Program-made: the position numbers and the translations under genes | Shown: in pieces, positions 23,901 to 35,000 of the stretch | How positions within the stretch are numbered: the first letter of the stretch is position 1 | Layout of the letters: each line of letters opens with the position of its first letter | Notes under the pieces: generated by a model | Databases searched by the model: none | Told to the model about the DNA's origin: nothing | Seen by the model: only the letters and a program-made list of their open reading frames with translations | Assembly (NCBI GenBank): GCA_002269645.1 | Contig: NIVC01001610.1 | Span: forward strand, 1-64,000 | Direction: 5' to 3' | Origin: Macrostomum lignano | Lineage: Eukaryota | DNA length: 64,000 nt

Positions 23901-26900
23901 CTACTTTCTACTGAAAGTAGAGTGTTTGAGACGCAGCCAAGCTACTATTTGACATTTAATTAAACGCCATGCATATTTTTATTTGTTTTAATGTTATTAA
24001 AAATTGATTTTCGACTTTCAGTACGAGCGTAATGACTACTAGCAATCAGCGCCCAACAAAAAATGGAATACAAATTTTTTAATCAACTACATGTAGCTTC
24101 TTGCAATAACCGCAGCAATTTCCCTTGTAAGCCTTGACATCTCAGCGACTCCCCCAGAGCCTTGACATCTCAACAATCCCCCCGTGAGCCTTGACATCTC
24201 AACAATCCCCCCGTGGGCCTTGACATCTCAACAATCCCCCCGTGAGCCCTGACATCTCAACAATCCCCCCATGAGCTCTGACATCTCAACAATCCCCCCG
24301 TGAGCTCTGACATCTCAACAACCCCCCCGTGAGCTCTGACATCTCAACAATCCCCCCATGAGCTCTGACATCTCAACAATCCCCCCATGAGCTCTGACAT
24401 CTCAACAATCCCCCCGTGAGCCTTGACATCTCAACAATCCCCCGTGATCCTTGACATCTCAACAATCCCCCCGTGAGCCTTGACATCTCAACAATCCCCC
24501 CATGAGCCTTGACATCTCAACAATCCCCCATGAGCCTTGACATCTCAACAATCCCCCCGTGAGCCTTGACATCTCAACAATCCCCCCATGAGCCTTGACA
24601 TCTCAACAATCCCCCCGTGAGCCTTGACATCTCAACAATCCCCCCATGAGCTCTGACATCTCAAAAATCCCCCCCCGTGAGCTCTGACATCTCAACAATC
24701 CCCCCGTGAGCCTTGACATCTCAACAATCCCTCCGTCAGCCTAGAAGTCTCAGCAATACCCCTAATCCTAACCCTAACCCCAAACCTAACCCTAACCGTA
24801 ACCATAAAACCTTGACATCTCAGCAATTCTTCCACCGTAAGCCTTGACACAGCCTGTCACAGCATTATAGCGATTCCCTCCAAGCCTTGACATCGTAGCA
24901 ATTCCCAAATGAATCTTCCATGTTCGACATGACGCTTCTTTTATGTTTTAAATGACGCTTCTTTTGTTTTTTACATAATGCTTCTTCTATCAGCGATTGG
25001 CTAAGCGGGAACTGTTATTTCGTGTACTTTGTCATGAATGCACAGAGCCAAGTGTTTCCGTAGCCAGTTGTTTGCTAAAATATTCTGCGCCTGCTTGAAC
25101 TCAATTAAATGCAATAACAGAGCGAGAGACGCAGAGAGGCGGCTGAGAGGGCGGCATTTGCTCGCCAGGTGGAGAACGAACAGTTGGAAGGTATTATATT
25201 GATTGATTGACACCTTTGCGGATGTAGGGAACTCCACATGCACCAACTGCACTGTTTAGCAGACAGTCTGCATCGTGTCGCGCACCGGTTGCTGCTATTT
25301 TATTCGAATGCACAGTCCAGTCATCCGGTTCCTAATGCACCGATCTTGTTGTTGTCATTTCTCAGTCGCCCCGCCGTGGCAATTTTTAGTTCATACTTAT
25401 TCTGGTTGCAGATCCGTATTGTTGATATCCTTGTTTGCACTTGCAATAGTTTTAGCACTTTTAGATTCACCTACTGATGATATGGTGTTGTTACTTGATA
25501 CTCTACTTTTAAATAATTCTCGCCGTCCTTTTACTAAGGTTAACTATTAAATCATATTCTTAATTGAATCTCGAAAATTCTTAAACCTACCCGAGTACTG
25601 TGCTTTTGCAGGCTAGTGGGCCGTTTGAAGAACAGGGTTGGATGGTTGGGTGACAGGTAGATGATACCCTTTGAAGAACCGGGTAGGTTGGGTGACAGGT
25701 AAATGGGAGCACGAGAAATGCCCGCAGACGAATTGCCCGCCGAGATTTGCCCGCAGGAGATTTGCCCGTGGAGATTTGCCCGCCGAGCTTTTCCCGCGGA
25801 GATTTGCCCGCAGTGCATTTTGCCCGTGAGCGAATTGCCCGTGGAGATTTGCCCGCCGAGAATTGCCCGCCGAGATTTGCCCGCAGGAGATTTGCCCGCA
25901 GTGCATTTTGCCCGTGAGCGAATTGCCCGTGGAGATTTGCCCGCCGAGCTTTTCCCGCGGAGATTTGCCCGCAGTGCATTTTGCCCGTGAGCGAATTGCC
26001 CGTGGAGATTTGCCCGCCGAGAATTGCCCGCCGAGATTTGCCCGCAGTGCAATTTGCCCGCGAGCGAGTTGCCCGCCGAGTTTTTTCCCGCCGAGGTTTG
26101 CCCGCAATGCTTTTTTCCTGCAGCGCATTAAGCGACGCGGCAGATTTTGTCTGCATTGCCTTCCCAATGCTTAGTATTGGTTTTTGCGAGCTATCTCAGC
26201 CAAGGAGCAAGCAAACTCATCCATCCCATAGATTTCAATACGACGAAGGAGGTGGTTTGAACCATAGACTATCACGTTTTTTCAACCAAACTCATCCAAC
26301 GGGCGAGCAATCTCAGCCATAGCTTGTTTATTAAGCGAAAAATTTAATTGGTTCGTATATAAGAGACTTTATGATAGAGCAGCACATCAATCTTGCTTGA
26401 TTCCTGCCTTATTCCGCCACGTTGGAGAGCAGCAATTCTTTCAGTAGCTACGTAAGTCCGGATTATATGTCTGGACGTCTTCAGCTTTATCCCGAGAATG
26501 CGTGAAGCAGTGCTCAAATTTTGTCCGTCATTCCATGCGTTGATTAGCTTCTCTCTGTCGGAGTTGGATGTTTGTCGCAACTGAGCCATCGAAGGAGGAG
26601 GAAAGAAGGAAGGGAAGAGGAAATGAATGGGCAGACAAGCTATGACTGAGATTGCTCGCCCGTTGGATGAGTTTGGTTGAAAAAACGTGATAGTCTATGG
26701 TTCAAACCACCTCCTTCGTCGTATTGAAATCTATGGGATGGATGAGTTTGCTTGCTCCTTGCCTGAGATAGCTCGCAAAAACCAATACGTGTTAATCTCA
26801 ATAAAGAGATTTACACGATCAAAACGTTTTGATAGTAACTGCATATCAAATGCATATTTTTTTGGGGGGGCAATGCAGACAGAATCCAGCTGCCAAATGC

Positions 26901-28653
26901 GCTGCAGGAAAAAAGCATTGCGGGCAAACCTCGGCGGGAAAAAACTCGGCGGGCAACTCGCTCGCGGGCAAATTGCACTGCGGGCAAATCTCGGCGGGCA
27001 ATTCTCGGCGGGCAAATCTCCACGGGCAATTCGCTCACGGGCAAAATGCACTGCGGGCAAATCTCCGCGGGAAAAGCTCGGCGGGCAAATCTCCACGGGC
27101 AATTCGCTCACGGGCAAAATGCACTGCGGGCAAATCTCCGCGGGAAAAGCTCGGCGGGCAAATCTCCACGGGCAATTCGCTCACGGGCAAAATGCACTGC
27201 GGGCAAATCTCCGCGGGAAAAGCTCGGCGGGCAAATCTCCACGGGCAAATCTCCTGCGGGCAAATCTCGGCGGGCAATTTGTCTGCGGGCAATTCTCATG
27301 GACCCCAGGTAAATGATACCCCTTGAAGAACCGGGTAGGTTGGGTGACAGGTAGATGATACCCCATGAGGAACCAGGTAGGTTGGGTGACAGGTAGATGA
27401 TACCCCATGAGGAACCAGGTAGGTTGGGTGACAGGTAGATGATACCCCATGAGGAACCAGGTAGGTTGGGTGACAGGTAGATGATACCCCATGAGGAACG
27501 AGGTAGGTTGGGTGGATCCAGGCGTGCATATCATTTGAAGAAATTTTTGTAACCGTACCGCCTTATTTACCGTATAATCTACTGCTTAGAGAATAGTTCT
27601 ATAGAATTAGAATGAATTTATGAATCACATTAAAAGACTTGCGAGTTTACCCATGTTTATGCAAAAATATGTTGAGCCTTGCACTTATCAACGAACCAAT
27701 GGACTAACCGATCGCTCTGTTCTCAGAGATTCCTCCATTGGCAAACTTTCCTTGCATTTGCAGCCAGACTTGAGCAGCAGCACCAGCTGGTGGCTAAACT
27801 CAAACGCGACTTGGATCAACTGTTGCAGGCCGTGAAATATGCGGCCTAACTATACTACTACTAATGCAGCTCTTTGTTTAGTAGTACTGGTAGTACTAGC
27901 TAGCTGTTAAAAAATACTGTCCATCCTTGTCTCTGTGCTGAATGTTTTTGTTCTATACTACTTACAGACAGTAGCACTATCCATGCATTGCATTGCTGAC
28001 AACCAGATCAGTTCTTTTTTGCGTCGATGTCAAAGTGTTAGTACGATTGGGTGTTGCAAAATTCTCCTGACTGTGCTTACTGCATGTGAACGGCAGGAAT
28101 GTCCGGATGAGGTGAAATGTTTAGCCACAACTCATTGCAATTCTACGAGAGTATTAAATGGTAAAACAGCAAAAGTTTTTATTAAACGATTCTGTGTTGC
28201 CAGACTGAAGTGCCATTCGGCCGTCCTTTGATCCTTGGCCCTGAATCGTTTCTGGTCGATTTAGCTCGCTTGAATTTCAGCTCGTTTTGACATTCTGCCG
28301 TTCACCATAAATGCATTCCGGGAACACCCCTCGTAGTTATGTACTTTTCCTCTATTGTTTACAATAGTAGCTTGGCTGTTGTGTTTCATTTTAACAATTT
28401 GTCCTTTCCTAAATCGAGGACAAATTCAAATTTATTATAGAAGTTTAACACGTAAACAGTGCGGCCTTACCACCTTCTGCTACCTCAAACGTTGAGCATA
28501 GTTGAGCATAGCTCGGAAAATGCTTTACTTTATAATTATAATGCTAATTTCATAAACTCGATAACCACAGAGGAGCTCCAGCAGAAGAAGGACAATCTTG
28601 GCAAGCTGAAGGCCGACCTGGAGCAGTACTACAAGGACATCGAAAGCATTTAG
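17943..28653 (+). CDS. Tpm: Tropomyosin, short (~254 aa) isoform; exons 17943..18092, 18410..18543, 19017..19134, 20117..20263, 22568..22630, 23722..23791, 28571..28653
   Basis: AETEVQSLARRIQLLEDELEQTEGRL; RARKVLENR; VRRKLQLAEEQLAKAEDR; AEERAESAERE. Exon sizes 134, 118, 147 (=71+76), 63, 70 and 83 nt match the conserved tropomyosin layout; all junctions are GT-AG and in phase. The exact isoform combination is inferred. Confidence 0.93.
20802..22223. repeat. 37-bp minisatellite (GGATCAGATGGATTGCTAATCTATCCTGAGGATTAGG), ~38 copies, tropomyosin intron
   Basis: Near-perfect tandem array. Confidence 0.95.
22738..23416. repeat. 16-bp GC-rich minisatellite (GCCCCTTGGTGCTGGC), ~42 copies
   Basis: Near-perfect tandem array in a tropomyosin intron. 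Confidence 0.95.
24126..24745. repeat. 29-bp minisatellite (GAGCCTTGACATCTCAACAATCCCCCCGT), ~21 copies
   Basis: Tandem array with length variation in the C-run. Confidence 0.95.
24761..24810. repeat. Degenerate interstitial (CCCTAA)n tract
   Basis: CCTAATCCTAACCCTAACCCCAAACCTAACCCTAACCGTAACC. Confidence 0.6.
25121..25190 (+). CDS. Tpm: Tropomyosin alternative exon 8b (70 nt)
   Basis: taacag|AGCGAG...TTGGAAG|gtatta; SERRREAAERAAFARQVENEQLE+G; same size and phases as 23722..23791. Confidence 0.75.
25705..27305. mobile_element. Foldback (Mutator-like) DNA transposon, 1601 bp, with modular long TIRs
   Basis: Termini GGGAGCACGAGAAATGCCCGC and (reverse complement) GGGTCCATGAGAATTGCCCGC; arms 25705-26327 and 26635-27305 are inverted, built of ~14-15-bp TTGCCCG modules plus a unique inner segment; perfect 9-bp TSD CAGGTAAAT (25696-25704, 27306-27314). 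Confidence 0.9.
26344..26589 (-). CDS. 81-aa ORF resembling the N-terminal helix-turn-helix DNA-binding domain of IS630/Tc1/mariner (paired-like) transposases
   Basis: ATG start; SDREKLINAWNDGQNLSTASRILGIKLKTSRHIIRTY...RGG has the helix pattern and the terminal R-G-G motif; TAA stop, with AATAAA (26327-26332, minus strand) 11 nt downstream. Confidence 0.55.
   Translation of the reverse strand: MAQLRQTSNSDREKLINAWNDGQNLSTASRILGIKLKTSRHIIRTYVATERIAALQRGGIRQESSKIDVLLYHKVSYIRTN
27764..27849 (+). CDS. Tpm: Tropomyosin alternative terminal exon 9a
   Basis: tttgcag|CCAGAC...; (A)RLEQQHQLVAKLKRDLDQLLQAVKYAA*; phase 1, matching either 70-nt exon; heptad pattern like the other terminal exon. Confidence 0.75.
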
Positions 28654-28841
28654 AGACTGGGCTTGAATTAACTGCACACAATCCGGGCCGCTGAGTCACC
28701 CCATCTAGACTGATAATCAAGCAGTGTCTTCTAAAAATAGCACATGCACATGTACATTGGAAGTGACACAGTTATGTACATTGCCTTTCAACTTTCCTAC
28801 CCCCCTCCCCAACTGTCGAATCCCAAAACTTGAGTCTGTCT

Positions 28842-29287
28842 CAAAGATACTAAAATAACTAAATGGGTCACTCAGCACATTTGCGTGTAAGCTACTTTCA
28901 ATTCAGTAGCAAGTTAAACAAAAGCATTTTAATGTATTTTTAAAGCCAAGGCTCAATTTATTGGCTTTTACCCCCAGCTTAAACCATCCAACGAAGCTTT
29001 TCCACACAACCCCGCCCGCCACCGAATTTTTATTGTCTTCCTCGGAATTCCAGCCTAAAGCTGCCATGTACATTTCAGTAGACTGGCTAATGTACATTAT
29101 TGCTGAACCAATTAGCAAGTTGTTTACGCCTGCAAGCTTGGGCTTCTAAACTTATCAAAGTCATTTCAGCTGCCTTTATTTTATATAAAAGCTTATGTAC
29201 TCTTCTTTGCTACTGAGCTGAAAGTAGAAGGCTATTTTACTACGTATATATACCTGAGTGGCCCATTTAATTATTCTAGCATCCGTG
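28842..29287 (+). mobile_element. MITE copy 1 (446 bp), ~34-bp TIR, 8-bp TSD
   Basis: CAAAGATACTAAAATAACTAAATGGGTCACTCAG...CTGAGTGGCCCATTTAATTATTCTAGCATCCGTG; flanks GTCTGTCT/GTCTGTCC (7/8 match). Confidence 0.85.
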
Positions 29288-29972
29288 GTCTGTCCCAAAT
29301 CGTCCTTTTGTGCCTGTTAAATCCCCATTTAACTCAGATATTTAAAACCGTGTTTTGTCGCTTGTATCCTGATATTAAATTAATTCAAATCAAACTTTTG
29401 AAGCAGAAAATTCTGTATTATTCATCATCATCCATAAACTTTCACTTAGTACCATGCACTAACTTTCTTACTAATAAAATTTCTGTTATGATGCTGTACC
29501 ATGAAAAGAAAACCTTGTAGTTTATCGTTAATCGTGTCGATAATCAATAATTTGTCTCTGGGGCTCCCGCATCGAAATGACCATAGTGTATTTTCTACTC
29601 GTAGGTTAATGAAGTCCTTTTCACACTGTTTTTTGCCATCTCGCTTCTAGCAGCAATAATTGAAACAGCAGTGCTGTGCGTGTGTTTTCGAAGCTGAGCA
29701 GGTCAGCGATGACCATGCAAAAGATTGATTTGTATCTAGGCGGATCTTGTTGATTCATTTCTTACTCCATAAACAACAATGACAGGCTTTTAATGTTTAT
29801 ATTTATATTGCAAATAATTACTGAAATATATATACTGACAATTAATATCGCTATGAGAACTGTTGCTGTCAATCAAGCGGAACAATCTTGATTAACATAG
29901 CATATTTAATAAGCTTAGTTAGTCTTATTGTTTAATAAGTACCCACGTGTACTCTTGAACGCGTTTGTACCT

Positions 29973-30470
29973 TCTCAAACTGTATGGCCAAGTCTCAAAC
30001 TGTATGGCCATGTCTCAAACTGTATGGCCATGTCTCAAACTGAATGGCCATGTCTCAAACTGTATGGCCACGTCTCAAACTGTATGGCCATGTCTCAAGC
30101 TGAATGGCCACGTCTCAAACTGTATGGCCATGTCTCAAACTGTATGGCCATGTCTCAAACTGGATGGCCATGTATCAAACTGGATGGCCATGTCTCAAAC
30201 TGAATGGCCATGTCTCAAACTGTATGGCCACGTCTCAAACTGTATGGCCATGTCTCAAGCTGAATGGCCACGTCTCAAACTGTATGGCCATGTCTCAAAC
30301 TGTATGGCCATGTCTCAAACTGGATGGCCATGTATCAAACTGGATGGCCATGTCTCAAACTGGATGGCCATGTCTCAAGCTGAATGGCCAAGTCTCAAAC
30401 TGGATGGCCATGTATCAAACTGGATGGCCATGTCTCAAACTGGATGGCCATGTCTCAAACTAGATGGTCA
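29973..30470. repeat. 20-bp minisatellite (GTCTCAAACTGTATGGCCAT), ~25 copies
   Basis: Direct tandem array. Confidence 0.95.
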
Positions 30471-30892
30471 TATTTTAAAGTCACAAAAACGAAACAAATT
30501 TGAGTCTTAAGGCCAGGAACCTGAAATTGAACTCCATTAAATACAGTAAAGCGCAATGCTCTAAAAATATAATTAGCTCGTAATTAATTTTAGTGCCCAT
30601 CATCGCTCAAAATTCTGATGATTCTGATGAGGCATGCGGGATTTATTATAATTTATTTTGTAACGATTTGAAACATTGTGCCGCATGCAATTTAGAATAA
30701 AATACAAGTGTCGCTAATCGTATGAAGGCAATAAATGTTTTTTATTACATTTAAACAATTACCTCTGACAGATAAATAAATTGAAAATACACGCACCTGA
30801 TGCTTTTTACAATGTATGCGCTTATAAAAGCAACATATATTTTGGATACAACGCACAAAGTGACTTTTAACCGACTGAACAAGGGGGAAGAC

Positions 30893-31270
30893 CACAGATA
30901 CTCGTACTAAAATAACTAGATGGGTCACTCAGCACATTTGCGTGCAAACTGCTTTCAGTTCAGTAGTAAGCTAAACAGAAGCATTTTAATGTATTTTTAA
31001 AGCCAAGGCTCAATTTATTGGCTATTACCCCCCCCCCAAGCTTAGACCCTCCCACCGCACCTTTCCACACTACCCCCCCCCCGCCCCACCACCCAATTTT
31101 TATTGCCTTCTCGGAAATCCAGCCTAAAGCTGCCATGTACATTTCAGTGGATTGGCTAATGTACATTATTGCTAAACCAATTAGCAAGCTGTTTAAGCCT
31201 TCAAACTTGGGCTTATTATCTACTAAGAATATGTGCCTGAGTGGCCTATCTAGCTATTTTAGTATCTGTG
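30893..31270 (+). mobile_element. MITE copy 2 (378 bp, internally deleted)
   Basis: CACAGATAC...GTATCTGTG; perfect TSD GGGAAGAC (30885-30892, 31271-31278). Confidence 0.9.
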
Positions 31271-31637
31271 GGGAAGACTGAATGATAAAGACTGAATGAT
31301 CGACTTCACTGCCGAACAGTTGTAAAGTAAATTATAAAACAAATCGTACCAATATGATAATATAATGTCTACTATAATTCTATTTGATACGATTCATGGC
31401 ACATAATGAATGATTACGCAATGATAAAAACACAAATTTTCAACGCTTATTGGCACCGGCTGCTGCAGAGAGATATAAAAAAATTAATACGCTGACAGAA
31501 ATGAGTAACAAAATTAAATATTAATTTTTTATTGGCCAAGTTTGGTAAACTGTAGCTTTGGAAGCTACTTGGAAGCAACTACGACATTTCCTTGATCTTA
31601 CTGAATTACTCGTAATATTACTCTATTACACCCAGTA

Positions 31638-31912
31638 CTTGAGAATCTGCCTCCCCGCTCCCTTTAGAGTCCTTGAGAGTCAGCCTCTCCGCTCTATCAG
31701 TGCTTGAAAGTCTGCCTCTCCGCTCCCTTCAGAGTCCTTGAGAGTCAGCCTCTCCGCTCCATCAATGCTTGAGAGTCTGCCTCTCCGCTCCCTTCAGAGT
31801 CCTTGAGAGTCAGCCTCTCCGCTCCATCAATGCTTGAGAGTCTGCCTCTCCGCTCCCTTCAGAGTCCTTGAGAGTCAGCCTCTCCGCTCCATCAGTGCTT
31901 GAGAATCTGCCT
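31638..31912. repeat. Minisatellite of alternating ~30/35-bp subunits (65-bp dimer; CTTGAGAGTC(A/T)GCCTCTCCGCTCC core)
   Basis: Direct tandem repetition. Confidence 0.85.
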
Positions 31913-32050
31913 GTCATGTTTATCTTTTTTATAAAGTTGCTTTGCTACTACTAAAAAATAAAATAAATTTGCACTCAAGAAAAAGGATATCTAATTTTCA
32001 GCCACAAAAATGTTCACAAATAGATATTCAGAAGCACGAGTCGCACAATA

Positions 32051-35000
32051 CTAGACGAGACTTGAGTCCACAAACTCCAGAAATCTACGCGCGTAGACTT
32101 CCGGCTTAACCGAGCTCAACTGGGCCTCGTTGCCATGCTTCATGGTCTTGTAGGTCTTGGCTGTCCGTTTGCGTACGCCGTACTTAGTGAGAATGTCTAT
32201 CAGGCCGATGAAGTACAGCAGCTGGGACTGGTCCGCGGCGGGCACGGCGAACCGTCGCTCCCTGGCTAACGAGGCGTCGTCAACGGCAACTCCGACGCCG
32301 AGTTCGAGCTCGTTGCCCGAGCTGGCCTCGTCAGCGTCGGCGCCGTCGCCTTCGGAGGCAGCGGCGCCGGCTGTTGCCGCTTCAACAGCGGCGGCAACAG
32401 CAGCGTCGGCTCCTCGAGCGTCTTTACAGCCGCCGCCAGCTGCGGGATCGTGAATGCCAACCAGCAGAGAGTAGTCCATGAGGTGGCAGTTGGCCAGGAA
32501 CTCGGTGTCGCTCTGCAGAGTGGCCATCAGCCTGGCCTTGGCCTCCGGACCGACGTGAAGACGTTCTCCGGAGCCGACAAAATCGATGTCCTGTCGGTTT
32601 GGTTTTGTCGGGAAGTCGATGTCGGATGATGTTCTGGCTACGCAGATGATCAACCCGCGTTGTGACGGTTATTTGGTTAGCTAGTTCACATTCCACTGCC
32701 ACTGAAGTTGCACAAGCACACGGATACGCACGCAGAGACCCAGCACATACAGGTAAAATAGAAAAGAAGTGACTCTAGATTACTCTAAAACACAGATACT
32801 AAAATAACTAGATAGGCCACTCAGGCATATATACTTAGTAAAACAGCTTTCTACTTTCAGTTCAGTAGCAAAGAAGAATACGTAAGCAAATTTATAAAAA
32901 ATAAAGGCAACTGAAATGACTTTGATAAGTTTAGAAGCCCAGGCTTGCAGGCGTAAACAGCTTGCTAATTGGTTCAGCAATAATGTACATTAGCCACTGA
33001 AATGTACATGGCAGCTTTAGGCTGGAATTCCGAGAAGGCAATAAAAATTGGGGCGGGGTGGGGTAGTGTGGAAAGGCTCCGTTGGATGGTTTAAGCTGGG
33101 GGGGGGGTAAAAGCCAATAAATTGAGCCTTGGCTTTAAAAATACATTGAAATACTCCGGTTTAACTTACTACTGAACTGAAAGTAGCTTACACGCAAATG
33201 TGCTGAGTGGCCCATCTAGTTATTCTAGTATCTGTGCTCTAAAACGACTAGATGTCCCGGTACAAGTCACCACAAGTCGTCAAAGAATTTTGCCTAAGAG
33301 TCAATTTGAGGCTCTTCTGACTCTGAAACGACTTTGGGGCCGTGGAGTCGTATCTGAGGCGTGCCAGAGTCGCTGCAGAATCACTGGGTTGCGTCTAAAG
33401 CGCATCTGCATCACTTTATGAATTAGAATCGCGTTTCGCATTTATATAAAAACTCTATTTAGTCTACTTGATTTAGTAGAAATTTAAGCACTAGCACAAC
33501 TTTTGGACGACTTTTTTACGATTCTGCAACTCACGTGATGCGCTCGTGACTCAACAGTCGCTTTACTGTCGCATTACAGTCGTTTGAGTGGTTAAAAAGT
33601 TGCAAGAGTCGCTAGAGTCACTAGCGATTTGTGTTTGCAATGACTCTTTAGCAATTCTGGTCACGGTAACGCTTTCAATGGGCCCTACGAATAGGGTGTT
33701 TAAGTATAACTGCAGTCTAAACCCAGATTGCATACCTTCAGCGTAGGCAGCTCTTTAGCCTTCTCTTTCTCGGTCGCTTCCCGAGATATGCGACTGCCCT
33801 TGAGGTCGTATTTGCGGTGGATTTTTACATCGGCGCTGAACACGGAGCTGGGGAAGGGGTTTCAAGTTTTTTTATAGATAATTGAAGCCAAGTTAAGGCT
33901 AGTAAATTGCCTATAAGGGTATTATATAGGTGCTTCATGGATAGATGCCATCCCTTCTGGTGCTTCAATGAGGGCGCGATTCCCTGACGTTTGCTTCAGA
34001 GAGAGCGCCATCTCCTTAGGGTGCGTCAAAGAGGACGCCATCGCCTCACGGTGCGTCAGAGAGGACGCTATCCCCTCACGGTGCGTCAGAGAGGACGCCA
34101 TCCCCTCACAGTGCGTCAGAGAGGACGCCATCCACTCACGGTGCGTCAGAGAGGACGCTATCCCCGCTTTAGAGGGCGCCATCCCCTCACGGTGCTTCAG
34201 TGAGGGCACCATCCCCTCAAATTCGGGCACCATTCCCCCTTCAAAGAGGGCGCCATCTCCGCTTCAGAGAGGGCGCCATCGCTTCACGGTGCTTCAGAGA
34301 GGGCGCCATCGCTTCACGGTGCTTCAGAGAGGGCGCCATCTACTCACAATGCTTCAGTGAGAGCGCCATCCCCTCACGAGGCTTCAGTGAGGGCGCCATC
34401 CCCTTACGGTGCTTCAGAGAGGGCGCCATCGCCTCACGGTGCTTCAGTGAGGGCGCCATCCCCATCCCCACACGATGCTTCAGAGAGGGCGCCATCGCCT
34501 CACGGTGCTTCAGAGAGGGCGCCTTCCCTTCACGATGCTTCAGAGAGGGCGCCTTCCCTTCACGGTGCTTCAGTGAGGGCACCATCCCCGCTTCAGAGAG
34601 GGCGCCATCTCCTCACGGTGCTTCAGAGAGGGCGCCATCTCATCACGGTGCTTCAGGGAGGACCCAACCTCTTCACGGTCCCCATCCCCAATAATTTCCC
34701 TAGATAACCAATTTCCAATGAGGAACCGCCCACTCACCGCATAACCAGCAGATAGTGCTCGGTATCCTCCACGGTGGCCCTGTACATGCCCACGAACTGA
34801 GGCAGCAGGGTATCCGCCGATCGTTCAACAATATAAGCGTGATAGGCCTGCAGAATATTGTGCACCTGTTCGACCTCTTCGCTAGATATTGTTTTAATAA
34901 CGTAGTGCAAATTGCACGACCAAATCATGTTCTGCGAGCTGTCCCTAATTGGCTGGCGTTTAGTCCAACTGTCTGCATAGTGCAGAGAGTCAATACCAAA

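Larger units (their letters stand above)
25630..27515. repeat. 42-bp tandem array (GATGATACCCCATGAGGAACCAGGTAGGTTGGGTGACAGGTA), split by the foldback element into 25630-25704 and 27306-27515
   Basis: About 2 units on the left and ~5 on the right; they rejoin across the CAGGTAAAT duplication. Confidence 0.85.

Noticed and set aside
25552-27534. Many overlapping ORFs (GKSPRA..., CPPRFARR...)
   Set aside because: Products of the modular foldback arms and the 42-bp array; only 26344-26589 has a protein-like signature.
30615-30690. Hammerhead ribozyme candidate (CTGATGA...GAAA)
   Set aside because: The helix GCATGCGG/CCGCATGC closes after the GAAA rather than before it, so the core topology is wrong.
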